Origin: an uncultured beta proteobacterium
Lineage (GTDB): Bacteria > Pseudomonadota > Gammaproteobacteria > Burkholderiales > Burkholderiaceae_C
Reading direction: 5' to 3'
Assembly (NCBI GenBank): GCA_903822435.1
Contig: CAIJPE010000074.1
Span: forward strand, 2,510-66,509
DNA length: 64,000 nucleotides
The notes under the pieces were generated by a model. That model was given only the letters and a program-made list of their open reading frames with translations, did not search any database and was not told the DNA's origin. This document shows positions 46,275 through 55,400 of the stretch, piece by piece (the first letter of the stretch is position 1; every line of letters starts with the position of its first letter). Made by a program: the position numbers and the translations under genes.

Positions 46275-47471
46275 GTGGCCCTGGCGGGCTGCCTGGCCCT
46301 TGCCGTGGCCATGGGCATCGGCCGCTTTGCCTTCACGCCGCTGCTGCCGATGATGCTGCACGACGGCGTGGTGGACCTGCCCACGGCCAGCTGGCTGGCC
46401 ACCGCCAACTACCTCGGTTACTGGATTGGCGCCATCGCCTGCACGCTGCAGCCCATGCTGTGGGCCCGCCGGCCGGGCCTGCCACCATGGGCCCACACCA
46501 CCGCCGTGCGGGCCGGCCTGGTGGCCACCGTGCTGCTCACGGCGGCCATGGCCCTGCCCTGGGCGGCATCGTGGCCGCTGATGCGCTTCCTGGCCGGACT
46601 GGCCAGCGCGCTGGTGCTGGTCTACACATCGGGCTGGTGCCTGGCCCGGCTGACCGCGCTGGGCGCCCCGGCGCTGGCAGGGGTGATCTTCATGGGTCCC
46701 GGCCTGGGCATCGCGGCCAGCGGCCTGGCAGCCACGGCCATGGTGGCGGTGGGCTGGCCGGCTGCAGCCGGCTGGGGCCTGTTCGCCGGCCTGGCGCTGG
46801 TGCTGACCGCCCTGGCCTGGCCGCAGTTCAGGGGTGCGGTGCCGGCAGCCGGTCACCGGGCGGACGCCGGCCGCCCATCGCCGCCGGGTGCGCTGGCCTG
46901 GGTGACCCTGGCCTACGGCCTGGCAGGCTTCGGCTACATCGTCACGGCGACGTTCCTGCCCGTCATCGCCCGTGCGGCCTTGCCAGGTTCGGTGTGGCTG
47001 GATCTGTTCTGGCCGCTCTTCGGCGTGGGGGTGGCGATGGGCGCGGCGCTCACCGTGCGGCTACCCCCGCAGTGGGACCGTCGCCCTTTGCTGGCGGCCT
47101 GTTACGCGATGCAGGCCGCCGGCGTGCTGGTGACGGTCTGGCTGCCGAGCCTGGCGGGCTTTGCACTGGGCAGCGCGCTGCTGGGCCTGCCCTTCACCGC
47201 CATCACGCTGTTCACCATGCAGGAGGTGCGGCGGCTGCACCCGCACAACGCATCGGCCGTCATCGGCCTGGTCACCGCGGCCTATGGGCTCGGGCAGATC
47301 GCGGGGCCGCCGATGGTGGCGGCACTGCTGGCAAGCACCGGCGGCGCGGCGCGTGGTTTCGCGGTGTCGCTGCAGACGGCCGCCACCGCGCTGGTGGCCG
47401 GCGGGCTGGTCTTCGCAGCACTTGCCCGAAGGCATCCCATGGCTCAGGCCGGCCACGGCGCGGGACCGTAG
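46275..47471 (+). CDS. YbfB/YjiJ-family MFS transporter
   Basis: LALAVAMGIGRFAFTPLLPMMLHDG...SWLATANYLGYWIGA is typical of the family. Twelve TM helices are predicted. The start is uncertain (GTG 46275, CTG 46218 or ATG 46308). Confidence 0.8.
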   Translation: MALAGCLALAVAMGIGRFAFTPLLPMMLHDGVVDLPTASWLATANYLGYWIGAIACTLQPMLWARRPGLPPWAHTTAVRAGLVATVLLTAAMALPWAASWPLMRFLAGLASALVLVYTSGWCLARLTALGAPALAGVIFMGPGLGIAASGLAATAMVAVGWPAAAGWGLFAGLALVLTALAWPQFRGAVPAAGHRADAGRPSPPGALAWVTLAYGLAGFGYIVTATFLPVIARAALPGSVWLDLFWPLFGVGVAMGAALTVRLPPQWDRRPLLAACYAMQAAGVLVTVWLPSLAGFALGSALLGLPFTAITLFTMQEVRRLHPHNASAVIGLVTAAYGLGQIAGPPMVAALLASTGGAARGFAVSLQTAATALVAGGLVFAALARRHPMAQAGHGAGP

Positions 47472-48268
47472 ATGGCCAGGTGCCGCGAGCCCGCAAAGAT
47501 GTCCTTCGGCTTCAGGCCATACACCTGGCGGATGGAGTGGCTGAAGTGGGTGGAATCCGGATAGCCGGTGTCTTGCGCCACATGCGCCAGGTTGGCCGGG
47601 CGGTTGACGTGGTGCAGCAGGCTGCGTGCGCGCTTCCAGGTGCGGAAGCTGCGAAACGGCATGCCGGCCTCCTGCTTGAACAGGTGCAGAAAGCGCGAGA
47701 ACGAGAGGTGCACCGAGCGTGCGCAGTCCTCGGCCGAGCGTGCCGCGGCGGGGTCGCGCTTGATGGCATCGACGATCCGGCCGATGCGGGCATCCATCGG
47801 GCGGCGGGCCAGCGGGGCGTCGAAGAACAGGGTGTCGAAGTCCATCGCAGCCAGGTCCAGCTCCGGGCCGCGGCGGGCGATGTCGCGCTGCTGGTGCCGC
47901 ACGCGTTCGGCAAAGCGCGGCGCCTCCACCGGGCCGGCCGCCCGCAGCCATACCGGAAGGGCTGCGGTGTCCACGGTCTCGGGCTCCAGCTGCAGCACGT
48001 TGATCTGCCGCACCTCGGCCTCCACCTCGTGCGGCATGTGGGGCGGCACCACGGCCACCGTGGCGTCGGCCCACGCGCCGCCCGGCAGCCGGATGCGGAT
48101 GCCGCCCTGCTGCGCCACGTACACGCTCAGGCTGCCCAGGCTGCGCGTGGCCGGGGCGCCGAGCAGTCCGGCGTAGAGCACGCGGTCGGGCGTGATCCAC
48201 ATGAAGCGATCCCCCATGGCGCCGGCGGTGGGCCGGGAAGGCGGGCAGGCAGCCAGTGCGATCGACAT
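47444..48268 (-). CDS. AraC-family transcriptional regulator
   Basis: AAGGAG RBS 7 nt upstream of the ATG at 48268. The C-terminal HTH pair is VHLSFSRFLHLFKQEAGMPFRSFRTWKRARSLL...LAHVAQDTGYPDSTHFSHSIRQVYGLKPKDI. The 3' end overlaps the MFS gene 3' end by 28 nt. Confidence 0.88.
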   Translation of the reverse strand: MSIALAACPPSRPTAGAMGDRFMWITPDRVLYAGLLGAPATRSLGSLSVYVAQQGGIRIRLPGGAWADATVAVVPPHMPHEVEAEVRQINVLQLEPETVDTAALPVWLRAAGPVEAPRFAERVRHQQRDIARRGPELDLAAMDFDTLFFDAPLARRPMDARIGRIVDAIKRDPAAARSAEDCARSVHLSFSRFLHLFKQEAGMPFRSFRTWKRARSLLHHVNRPANLAHVAQDTGYPDSTHFSHSIRQVYGLKPKDIFAGSRHLAIYGPAPWPA

Positions 48269-48436
48269 GACGGGTCTCCTTCGGGTGGTCGGCCAGACTA
48301 ATCCGCCGCGCGCCGGCAGCCAATCGGCACAAGACCGGGGGCATCCGCCGCAGCTAAGCTGCTGTCTACCCAGCAGCACGACCGGAGGCGCCGCCATGAT
48401 CGTCCACTTCCCCGCAGCCGGTTCGTCCGCAACGCG

Positions 48437-50242
48437 ATGACCTCCGGCCCGCGCCGCGTGCGCATCGGCGGAGCCAGCGGCTTCTGGGGCGACAGCAGGG
48501 TCGGCGCGCCACAGCTGGTGCGTTCGGGCCTGATCGACTACCTGGTGTTCGACTACCTGGCCGAGACGACCATGGCCATCCTGGCCGCGGCCAGGGCGCG
48601 CAAGCCGGAGCTCGGCTATGCCACCGACTTCGTCGACACGGCGATGCAGCAGGTGCTGCCCGAGGCCCTGGTGCGCGGCATCAGGATCATCGCCAACGCC
48701 GGCGGCATCAACCCCCAAGGCTGTGCCGACGCCCTGCGGCGCCTGGCCGAATCCCAAGGTCTGGCGCCCCGCATCGCCGTGGTGGAAGGCGATGACGTGT
48801 CGGCGCTCATGCCCCGGCTGCGCGAAGCCGGCCTGCGCGACACGCACACCGGCCAGCCGCTGCCCGAGGCGGTACTCAGCGCCAACGCGTACCTGGGCGC
48901 CCTGCCCGTGGCCCGCGCGCTGCAGGCCGGTGCCGACATCGTCATCACCGGCCGGGGGGTGGACAGCGCCGTGACGCTGGGCCCGCTGATCCACGCCTTC
49001 GGCTGGGCGATGAGCGACCACGACCGGCTGGCCGGCGGCAGCCTGGCCGGGCACATCATCGAATGCGGCTGCCAGGCCACGGGCGGCCTGCACACCGACT
49101 GGCAGTCCGTGCCCGACTGGGCGCACATCGGCTACCCCATCGTCGAGTGCGCGGAAGACGGCAGCTTCGAGCTGTTCAAGCCGCCCGGCACCGGCGGCCT
49201 CGTCAGCCGGGCCTGCGTGGCCGAACAGCTGCTCTACGAGATCGGCGACCCGGGCGCCTACCTGCTGGCCGACGTGAGCTGCGACTTCCGCAGCGTCGTC
49301 ATCGAGCAGGCCGGGCCCGATCGCGTCCGGGTGCACGGCGCCCGCGGGCGGGCACCGACACCCACCTACAAGGTCTCGGCCACGCAGCTCGACGGCCACC
49401 GCTGCGCCGGCTCGCTGGTGATCGTCGGCATCGACGCCGCGGCCAAGGCCCGGCGCACGGCACAGGCCATCCTGGAGCGCACGCGGGGGATCCTTGGGCA
49501 GTTGGGGCTGCCCGACTACACGGCCACCCACGTCGAGCTGCTGGGCTGCGAATCGCTCTACGGCGCCCAGGCCCGCACCGCCCAGAGCCGCGAGGTGATG
49601 CTGCGCCTGGTGGTCGATCACCCGAGCAAGGCGGCCCTGGAGATCTTTGCGCGCGAAGTGGCGCCATCGGGCACCTCGTGGTCGCCAGGCACCACCATGC
49701 CGGCCGGCGGGCGGCCTTCGCCTTCACCCTTGGTCAAGCCCTTCTCCTTCCTGCTGGACAAGGCCTTGGTGGACATGCGGGTGCGCATCGACGGCCAGAC
49801 GATCGAGGTGCGGGCCCCGGCCGGGCAGCCCGAAGTGCCGCCTCCGGCCCTGCCCGACCCGCCCGCCTGGCAGGACGCGCCGGGCGCCCCGCAGATCGAC
49901 GTGCCGCTGATCCGCCTGGCCTGGGCACGCAGCGGCGACAAGGGCGACATGTCCAACATCGGCCTGGTGGCGCGACGGCCCGAGTGGCTGCCGCTGCTGT
50001 GGAGCCGCGTCACCGCCGAGGCGGTGCGCCACCACTTCGTGCACCTGCTGCAGGCCGGTGATGCGGCGCGGGTGGAGCGCTTCCACCTGCCCGGCATCGC
50101 AGGCATGAACCTGCTGCTGCACGGCGCCCTGGCGGGCGGCGGGCCGGCATCGCCGCGCTTCGACCCACTGGGCAAGGGCTTCGGCCAGATCCTGCTGGAC
50201 ATGCCGGTCCGGGTGCCCGTGAGCCTGGGCCTGCAGCCTTGA
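48437..50242 (+). CDS. Acyclic terpene utilisation AtuA-family protein (DUF1446)
   Basis: 601 aa: VRIGGASGFWGDS...YLVFDYLAETTMAIL...ANAGGINP...IIECGCQATGG...LLYEIGDP. Confidence 0.85.
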   Translation: MTSGPRRVRIGGASGFWGDSRVGAPQLVRSGLIDYLVFDYLAETTMAILAAARARKPELGYATDFVDTAMQQVLPEALVRGIRIIANAGGINPQGCADALRRLAESQGLAPRIAVVEGDDVSALMPRLREAGLRDTHTGQPLPEAVLSANAYLGALPVARALQAGADIVITGRGVDSAVTLGPLIHAFGWAMSDHDRLAGGSLAGHIIECGCQATGGLHTDWQSVPDWAHIGYPIVECAEDGSFELFKPPGTGGLVSRACVAEQLLYEIGDPGAYLLADVSCDFRSVVIEQAGPDRVRVHGARGRAPTPTYKVSATQLDGHRCAGSLVIVGIDAAAKARRTAQAILERTRGILGQLGLPDYTATHVELLGCESLYGAQARTAQSREVMLRLVVDHPSKAALEIFAREVAPSGTSWSPGTTMPAGGRPSPSPLVKPFSFLLDKALVDMRVRIDGQTIEVRAPAGQPEVPPPALPDPPAWQDAPGAPQIDVPLIRLAWARSGDKGDMSNIGLVARRPEWLPLLWSRVTAEAVRHHFVHLLQAGDAARVERFHLPGIAGMNLLLHGALAGGGPASPRFDPLGKGFGQILLDMPVRVPVSLGLQP

Positions 50243-50280
50243 TCGGAATCCGGCCACAACCGGCACACTCCAGGCCCACC

Positions 50281-51363
50281 ATGACGCCCAGACCCACCCT
50301 GCAAGCCGCCACCGAATTCGCCCAGTCGTGCGAAGTGCCCTGGCCGCGCGATCCCGCCGCAGAGCCCGCGCCGGGCCAGTCGGCCTGGGGTATCCACCAG
50401 GCCGACCCACCGCCCTTCAACCGGCTGCGCGGCCCGGTCCATGCCCGAGGGCCGCAATCGGGCGTGGTCTGGCAGCACGGCCGGGAAGTCGCGGCCTGGG
50501 GCGAGCCGGACCGGCCGGACCTGACCTTCAGCGTGGCCAAGACCTACCTGGCCTTGCTGGCCGGTGTCGCCGTCGACCAGGGTCTGCTGCCCGACGTGCA
50601 CGCGCCCGTGCACCGGCAACTGCCCGGCATCGGATTCGACACCCCGCACAACAGGGCCATCACCTGGGACCACCTGCTGACGCAGACCAGCGAGTGGGAG
50701 GGCACCTGCCTGGGCCTGCCCGATACCGTGGACCGCTGGCGCAAGGTGGCGCAGGACCCGCGGCCGGCCGGAGGCCCGAAGGGCGGCGCCCGACCGCTGC
50801 AGCCGCCCGGGACGTACTGGGAATACAACGACGTGCGGATCAATCAGCTCGCGCTGGCGCTGCTGCACCTGTTCCGCCGGCCGCTGCCGCAGGTCTTCGA
50901 AGAGCACCTCCTGCGGCCGGTGGGTGGCGGCGCGGGCTTCCACTGGGCAGCCTATGACGACGCGTGGGTGGACCTGCCCGGCGTGGGCCGCGTGGCCTCG
51001 GTGCCCGGCGGCACGCACTGGGGCGCGGGGGTGTCGATCTCGGCGCGCGACCAGGCCCGGCTCGCGCAGCTGTTCCTGGACGGCGGCCGTGCCCAGGGCC
51101 GCCCGGTCATCTCGGCGGCCTGGCTGGCCGAGATGGCCGCGCCCTGCCCGATCGCCCCCTTCTACGGCCGGCTGGTGTGGTTGAACGGTGCTGGCGAGTT
51201 CCTGCAGGACGCATCATGCCGGTCGCTCTTCATGCTGGGCGCGGGGGGGCACTGGGTGTGGATCGACCCCGAGCGGGACAGCGTGGCGGTGCTGCGCTGG
51301 CTGGACCCGGCACAGGGAGTGGCGACATTGGGTGTCTTTGCGCAGGCGTTGTGCGGTACGTGA
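50281..51363 (+). CDS. Beta-lactamase-family serine hydrolase
   Basis: The S-x-x-K motif is SVAKTY. There is a WEYNDVRINQL segment and C-terminal GAGGHWVWIDPERD. An alternative TTG start at 50239 overlaps the AtuA stop. Confidence 0.75.
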   Translation: MTPRPTLQAATEFAQSCEVPWPRDPAAEPAPGQSAWGIHQADPPPFNRLRGPVHARGPQSGVVWQHGREVAAWGEPDRPDLTFSVAKTYLALLAGVAVDQGLLPDVHAPVHRQLPGIGFDTPHNRAITWDHLLTQTSEWEGTCLGLPDTVDRWRKVAQDPRPAGGPKGGARPLQPPGTYWEYNDVRINQLALALLHLFRRPLPQVFEEHLLRPVGGGAGFHWAAYDDAWVDLPGVGRVASVPGGTHWGAGVSISARDQARLAQLFLDGGRAQGRPVISAAWLAEMAAPCPIAPFYGRLVWLNGAGEFLQDASCRSLFMLGAGGHWVWIDPERDSVAVLRWLDPAQGVATLGVFAQALCGT

Positions 51364-51374
51364 GTGGCACGCCT

Positions 51375-51395
51375 GGCGCAGGCGCGTGCTGCGCC
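51375..51395 (+). terminator. Weak stem-loop after the hydrolase gene
   Basis: GGCGCAG-gcgcgtg-CTGCGCC: a 7-bp stem with a 7-nt loop, 12 nt after the stop, with no clear U-tract. Confidence 0.3.
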
Positions 51396-51542
51396 GAGGC
51401 CATTTGGTTGAAGACCGCGACATCATTTCTGCCCTAGGCTTTCCCCATCGACAGTGAGTCCCCTCGACGGAACAATGCATCTGCGGTTGCGCGGGTGCGC
51501 CAGGGGGGCGCCACCTCGGTGATGGCCGTCAGGAGCCTTGCG

Positions 51543-52322
51543 ATGATCGATCTGAGTCTCACCGCGCCATGGCGCGCCACCGCGCTGACGCTGGCCATCA
51601 CGGCGGCTTCGGTGGCCCACGCCGCTGAAGCCGCCCCGCTCACCGTGCAATTCGGCCAGTGCACCGAATTCGTCGGCCTGGCACCGGTAGATGCCGTGGG
51701 TGCGACGGCCCTGTTGCCGGCGCAATATCAACTGGTGATCAGCGGCGGTGCCGCGACCCTGGTGGTCCGCGTCACCGATTGCCAGGCGATCCGCGTGGCC
51801 GACGCAGCGCCCAAGCCCGGTCGGCTGGCGCAGGTCGGGCTGCTCATCGTCTCGCCCGACGGCACCGCCACCGATCCCAACACCTCGATCAACAACTACA
51901 CGCTCAGCTACACCAGCAACCTGCCGCTGCTGGTTCAGCGCGTGAAGTCCAGTGGCGTGCCGGCAAGCCTGGATGAAGGTCTGGCTTACGAGTTCGCGCC
52001 GGCCACCGGCCGCAGCGAGCTCTACGCGGCGGTGGCTCCCGACGAAGGCGGCCAGCCACGCTTCACGCTGCACGGCAGCGTCAGCACGCCCACGATCCCC
52101 ATTCCCTTCCTGGCCAACTGGTGGCGCGGCAGCGGTGCCAAGGCCGTGAAGATGTCGTCCACGTTCCCGGACATCCTCTTCGACTTCACCTCGGAGATGT
52201 CGTTCACCACCTCGCACCTCAACGTGGTGGGCAGGCTGCTGCCGGGCAACCAGGTGGCGTCGTTTCCGGTGAGCTTCCGTGGGGCCTATCACGTCGCCAC
52301 GATGGTTGTGACCACGCCCTGA
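51543..52322 (+). CDS. Secreted hypothetical protein
   Basis: AGGAG lies 7 nt upstream of the ATG at 51543. Signal peptide is MIDLSLTAPWRATALTLAITAASVAHA. I recognise no family. The longest ORF starts at 51495. Confidence 0.6.
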   Translation: MIDLSLTAPWRATALTLAITAASVAHAAEAAPLTVQFGQCTEFVGLAPVDAVGATALLPAQYQLVISGGAATLVVRVTDCQAIRVADAAPKPGRLAQVGLLIVSPDGTATDPNTSINNYTLSYTSNLPLLVQRVKSSGVPASLDEGLAYEFAPATGRSELYAAVAPDEGGQPRFTLHGSVSTPTIPIPFLANWWRGSGAKAVKMSSTFPDILFDFTSEMSFTTSHLNVVGRLLPGNQVASFPVSFRGAYHVATMVVTTP

Positions 52323-52379
52323 GGCCGTGTCCATGGGGTGGGTTTCGATCTGTCAGGACCGAAACGCCGCTTGCGCCAT

Positions 52380-52411
52380 TAACGCATCGATAACGCACCA
52401 CTGCCTATAAA
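52380..52411 (+). promoter_or_regulatory. Two perfect heptad direct repeats on an 11-bp period plus a -10 hexamer: a candidate SARP-dependent promoter
   Basis: TAACGCA (52380-52386), spacer tcga, TAACGCA (52391-52397), 8 nt (ccactgcc), then TATAAA (52406-52411). The ATG lies 35 nt further on and is preceded by GGGAG. Confidence 0.45.
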
Positions 52412-52446
52412 CCGCCTCAGCCCGATGTTGGGCCTGGGAGCGGAAG

Positions 52447-55400
52447 ATGTTCAAGGTGGTCCAAGGCGCGTGGCGCCGGTGGTTGGGTCGGCAGGAGCGA
52501 CGGCGGACTGTTTGGGCGCTGGCCCTGTGCGCCGCGGTCTTGGGCGGCTGCGGCGGCAGTGGAGGCGGGGGTTCGGCGGCGGACAGCGCCGTGACCCAAC
52601 CGCCGTCGAGTGCGTCAGCCACGCTGACAGCCGCGGGGGGCAGCGTCGTGGCTGCAGACGGAGCCAGCGTCACGATACCGGCTGACGCGTTGGACACGAC
52701 AGCGACCATCCGCATCGCCAAGGACTCCACCGGCGCACCGGCCATCCCGTCCGGACTCATGCCGGCAGGGGACATCTACGCCATCACGCCGCACGGCAGC
52801 ACCTTTGCCAAGGCGGTGGAGGTCAAGATCCCGGTGCCCGCGGTGACGCTCCAGCCGGGTGAGCAGATCAAGCTGGCGCAGGCGGAGTTGGGCGGGACGT
52901 GGTTTGTTCACGACCAGAGCAGCGTCAGCGATGGGATGTTGACAGCCAATGTCTATGGATTCTCGGTCTTCATGGCGGTGATCGTTCAGCCGCCCCCGAC
53001 GAATGTTCAATTGCAGCCATTGAATCTTTCGTTTGCGTTTGATTGCCTCAATGGGTTCTATGGCACTGATTCATGCCCACCCATCGGACCCATCAACTGG
53101 CGGATTGCGGTGACCAGCAACGGCGGTCAGCTTGCACCGGGATGTACTGCAAATTCATACTCGGTCAACAATTACTTGACGTTAGCCACCATTGCCACCC
53201 TGCCGATAGGCGGAGGGATCGTCACAGGAACGCTCCCGCAAACTGCAGGTGTGTACGGGGACGTCCTTGTGGTGATAAGGAGATGTGCGACCGATCGCTT
53301 GCCGGTCGCTCTTGGATCCTTTCCAGTGTATTGGAGCGTGCCTCCAAATTATCCGTATTTGAGCGTAGTCTCAACCCCTCCCACGATGGATGTAGTGAGT
53401 GGCCAGACGGCGGCATTGCAGGTCATTCTGGGGGGAGGCCCGTATGCCCGAACTCCATTATCCTTTGCGAGCAGCGCTGATCGCGTGATCGTGGATTGGG
53501 AACGCAGCGATGATCAAGGAAAATCCTGGGTTGGCATTGCGCGTTCTTACCAGAGCGAGGCTGTACTCAATCCAGTACCCGGGGGGCTCCCCCGCATGTA
53601 TTGGGCTGTTTCTCACGGATGGACCGCAAGCACGACCGATCAAGGCGCATTGATCCGCATCCGTGCCTGCTACACGCCGCCGGAGCCGAACGTGGCACCG
53701 CCTCCTTGCGTTCAGAGCGGCCCAACGGCTGTCAACGTCCTGCAGCAGTCGGCGCTGCCCACCTTCACCGCAATTCCCCGCCCGGTCCTGATCCAGACCA
53801 GCCAGACCGCCAGCCTCACCGCCGCCGCCGCCGGCGCGCCGGCCCCCGCGCTGCAATGGCAGACCCGCGATGCCAACAGCAACGGCGCCTGGACGGACGT
53901 GAGCACCGGAACCGGTGCGACCACCGGCAACTTCACCACGCCATCGCTGACCCTGGCCGACAACGGCCGGCAGTACCGCGTGGTGGCCACCAACGCGGTC
54001 GGCACCGCCGAAAGCCAACCCGTCACCGTCTCGGTGAGCGACCAGGCCGTGGCGCCCCGCATCACCACGCAGCCGGCCAGCCTCAGCGTGACGACCGGCA
54101 ACGATGCCGCGTTCGCCATCAGCGCCACCGGCACCGAGCCGCTCAGCTACCATTGGCGCTTCAACGGCACGCCGATCAGCGGCACCAACAGCCCCGTGCT
54201 GCGGCTTGCTCGCGTGGACGCCAGCAAGGCCGGCGCCTACAGCGTGGTGGTCAGCAATGGCGTGGGCTCGCAGGCCAGCCAGATGCCCGACGCCACCCTC
54301 ACCGTCAGCGCCGCGGCACCGGCAGCCACAGCCCCCACCATCGTGTCGCCACCGGCGAGCGTGACGGTCAACACCGGCAGCACGGCCAACTTTGCGGTGG
54401 GCGTCAGCGGCACCGGGCCCTTCAGCTACCAGTGGCTGAAGAACGGGCAGCCCGTCAGCGGCGCGACGGGAGCGGCCTACAGCGTCGCCGCCGTCACGTC
54501 CACCGACGCGGGCAGCTCCACCGTGCAGGTGAACAACAGCGTGGGTCCGCTGACCGCCAGCGCCGCGGCCACGCTCACCGTCAACCCAAGCCCCGCGCCC
54601 ACCCCCTTGACTTTGACGGCGCAGCCCACACCGCAGGTGCAGGCTCCGGGCGGCAGCGCGACCTTCGCGGTCGCAGCCAGCGGCACCGGCCCCATCACCT
54701 ACCAGTGGTTGAAGGACAACGTGGCCCTGCCGGGTGCCACGCTGCCGGTGCTGACGGTCAGCAGCATCAACAGTGGGGACGCCGGCACGTACAGCGTCAC
54801 GGTCAGCAACGGCGTGGGGGCACCTCAGACCGTGAGCGCCAGCCTGCTGGTGCTGGGCGTGCCGGTCATCGGCACGCAGCCCGCGGCGGCCTCTGCGACC
54901 ACCGGCAGCACCGCCACCTTCAGCGTGACCGCCAGCGGCACGCAGCTGCGGTACCTGTGGCTGCGCAACGGCGTGGTGGTGCCCGGCGCCGCCAGTGCCA
55001 GCTACACAACGCCGGCCCTGGCCTTGACGGATTCGGGCGCGGTCTACAGCGTGGTGGTCTACAACGGGGCGGGCGCCGCCGTGAGCCAGACGGCCGTGTT
55101 GACGGTGACCACGCCCCCGGTCACGGTGACGACCGCCAGTGTGCTGGTCGGTTCCATCGGCAATCCGGGCCGGACCGATGCACCCAGTGGCCCCGGCACG
55201 GCGGCCCGGCTGTCCGGTCCTGCCTTCATGACCAAGGACGCGGCCGGCAACGTCTACGTGACGGAAAACCGCAACGGCGATGTGCGCAAGATCACGCCCG
55301 CCGGTGCGGTCACCACCGTGGCCACCCTGCTGACGGACCCGCAGGGCGTGGCCGTGGACGGCAATGGCAATGTGTACGTGGCCGACGGCCTGGACAACAC

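Noticed and set aside
47444-49621. 725-aa minus-strand ORF read as one gene
   Set aside because: Only the last 274 codons (47444-48268, preceded by AAGGAG) encode the AraC regulator. The upstream part is antisense to the AtuA gene.
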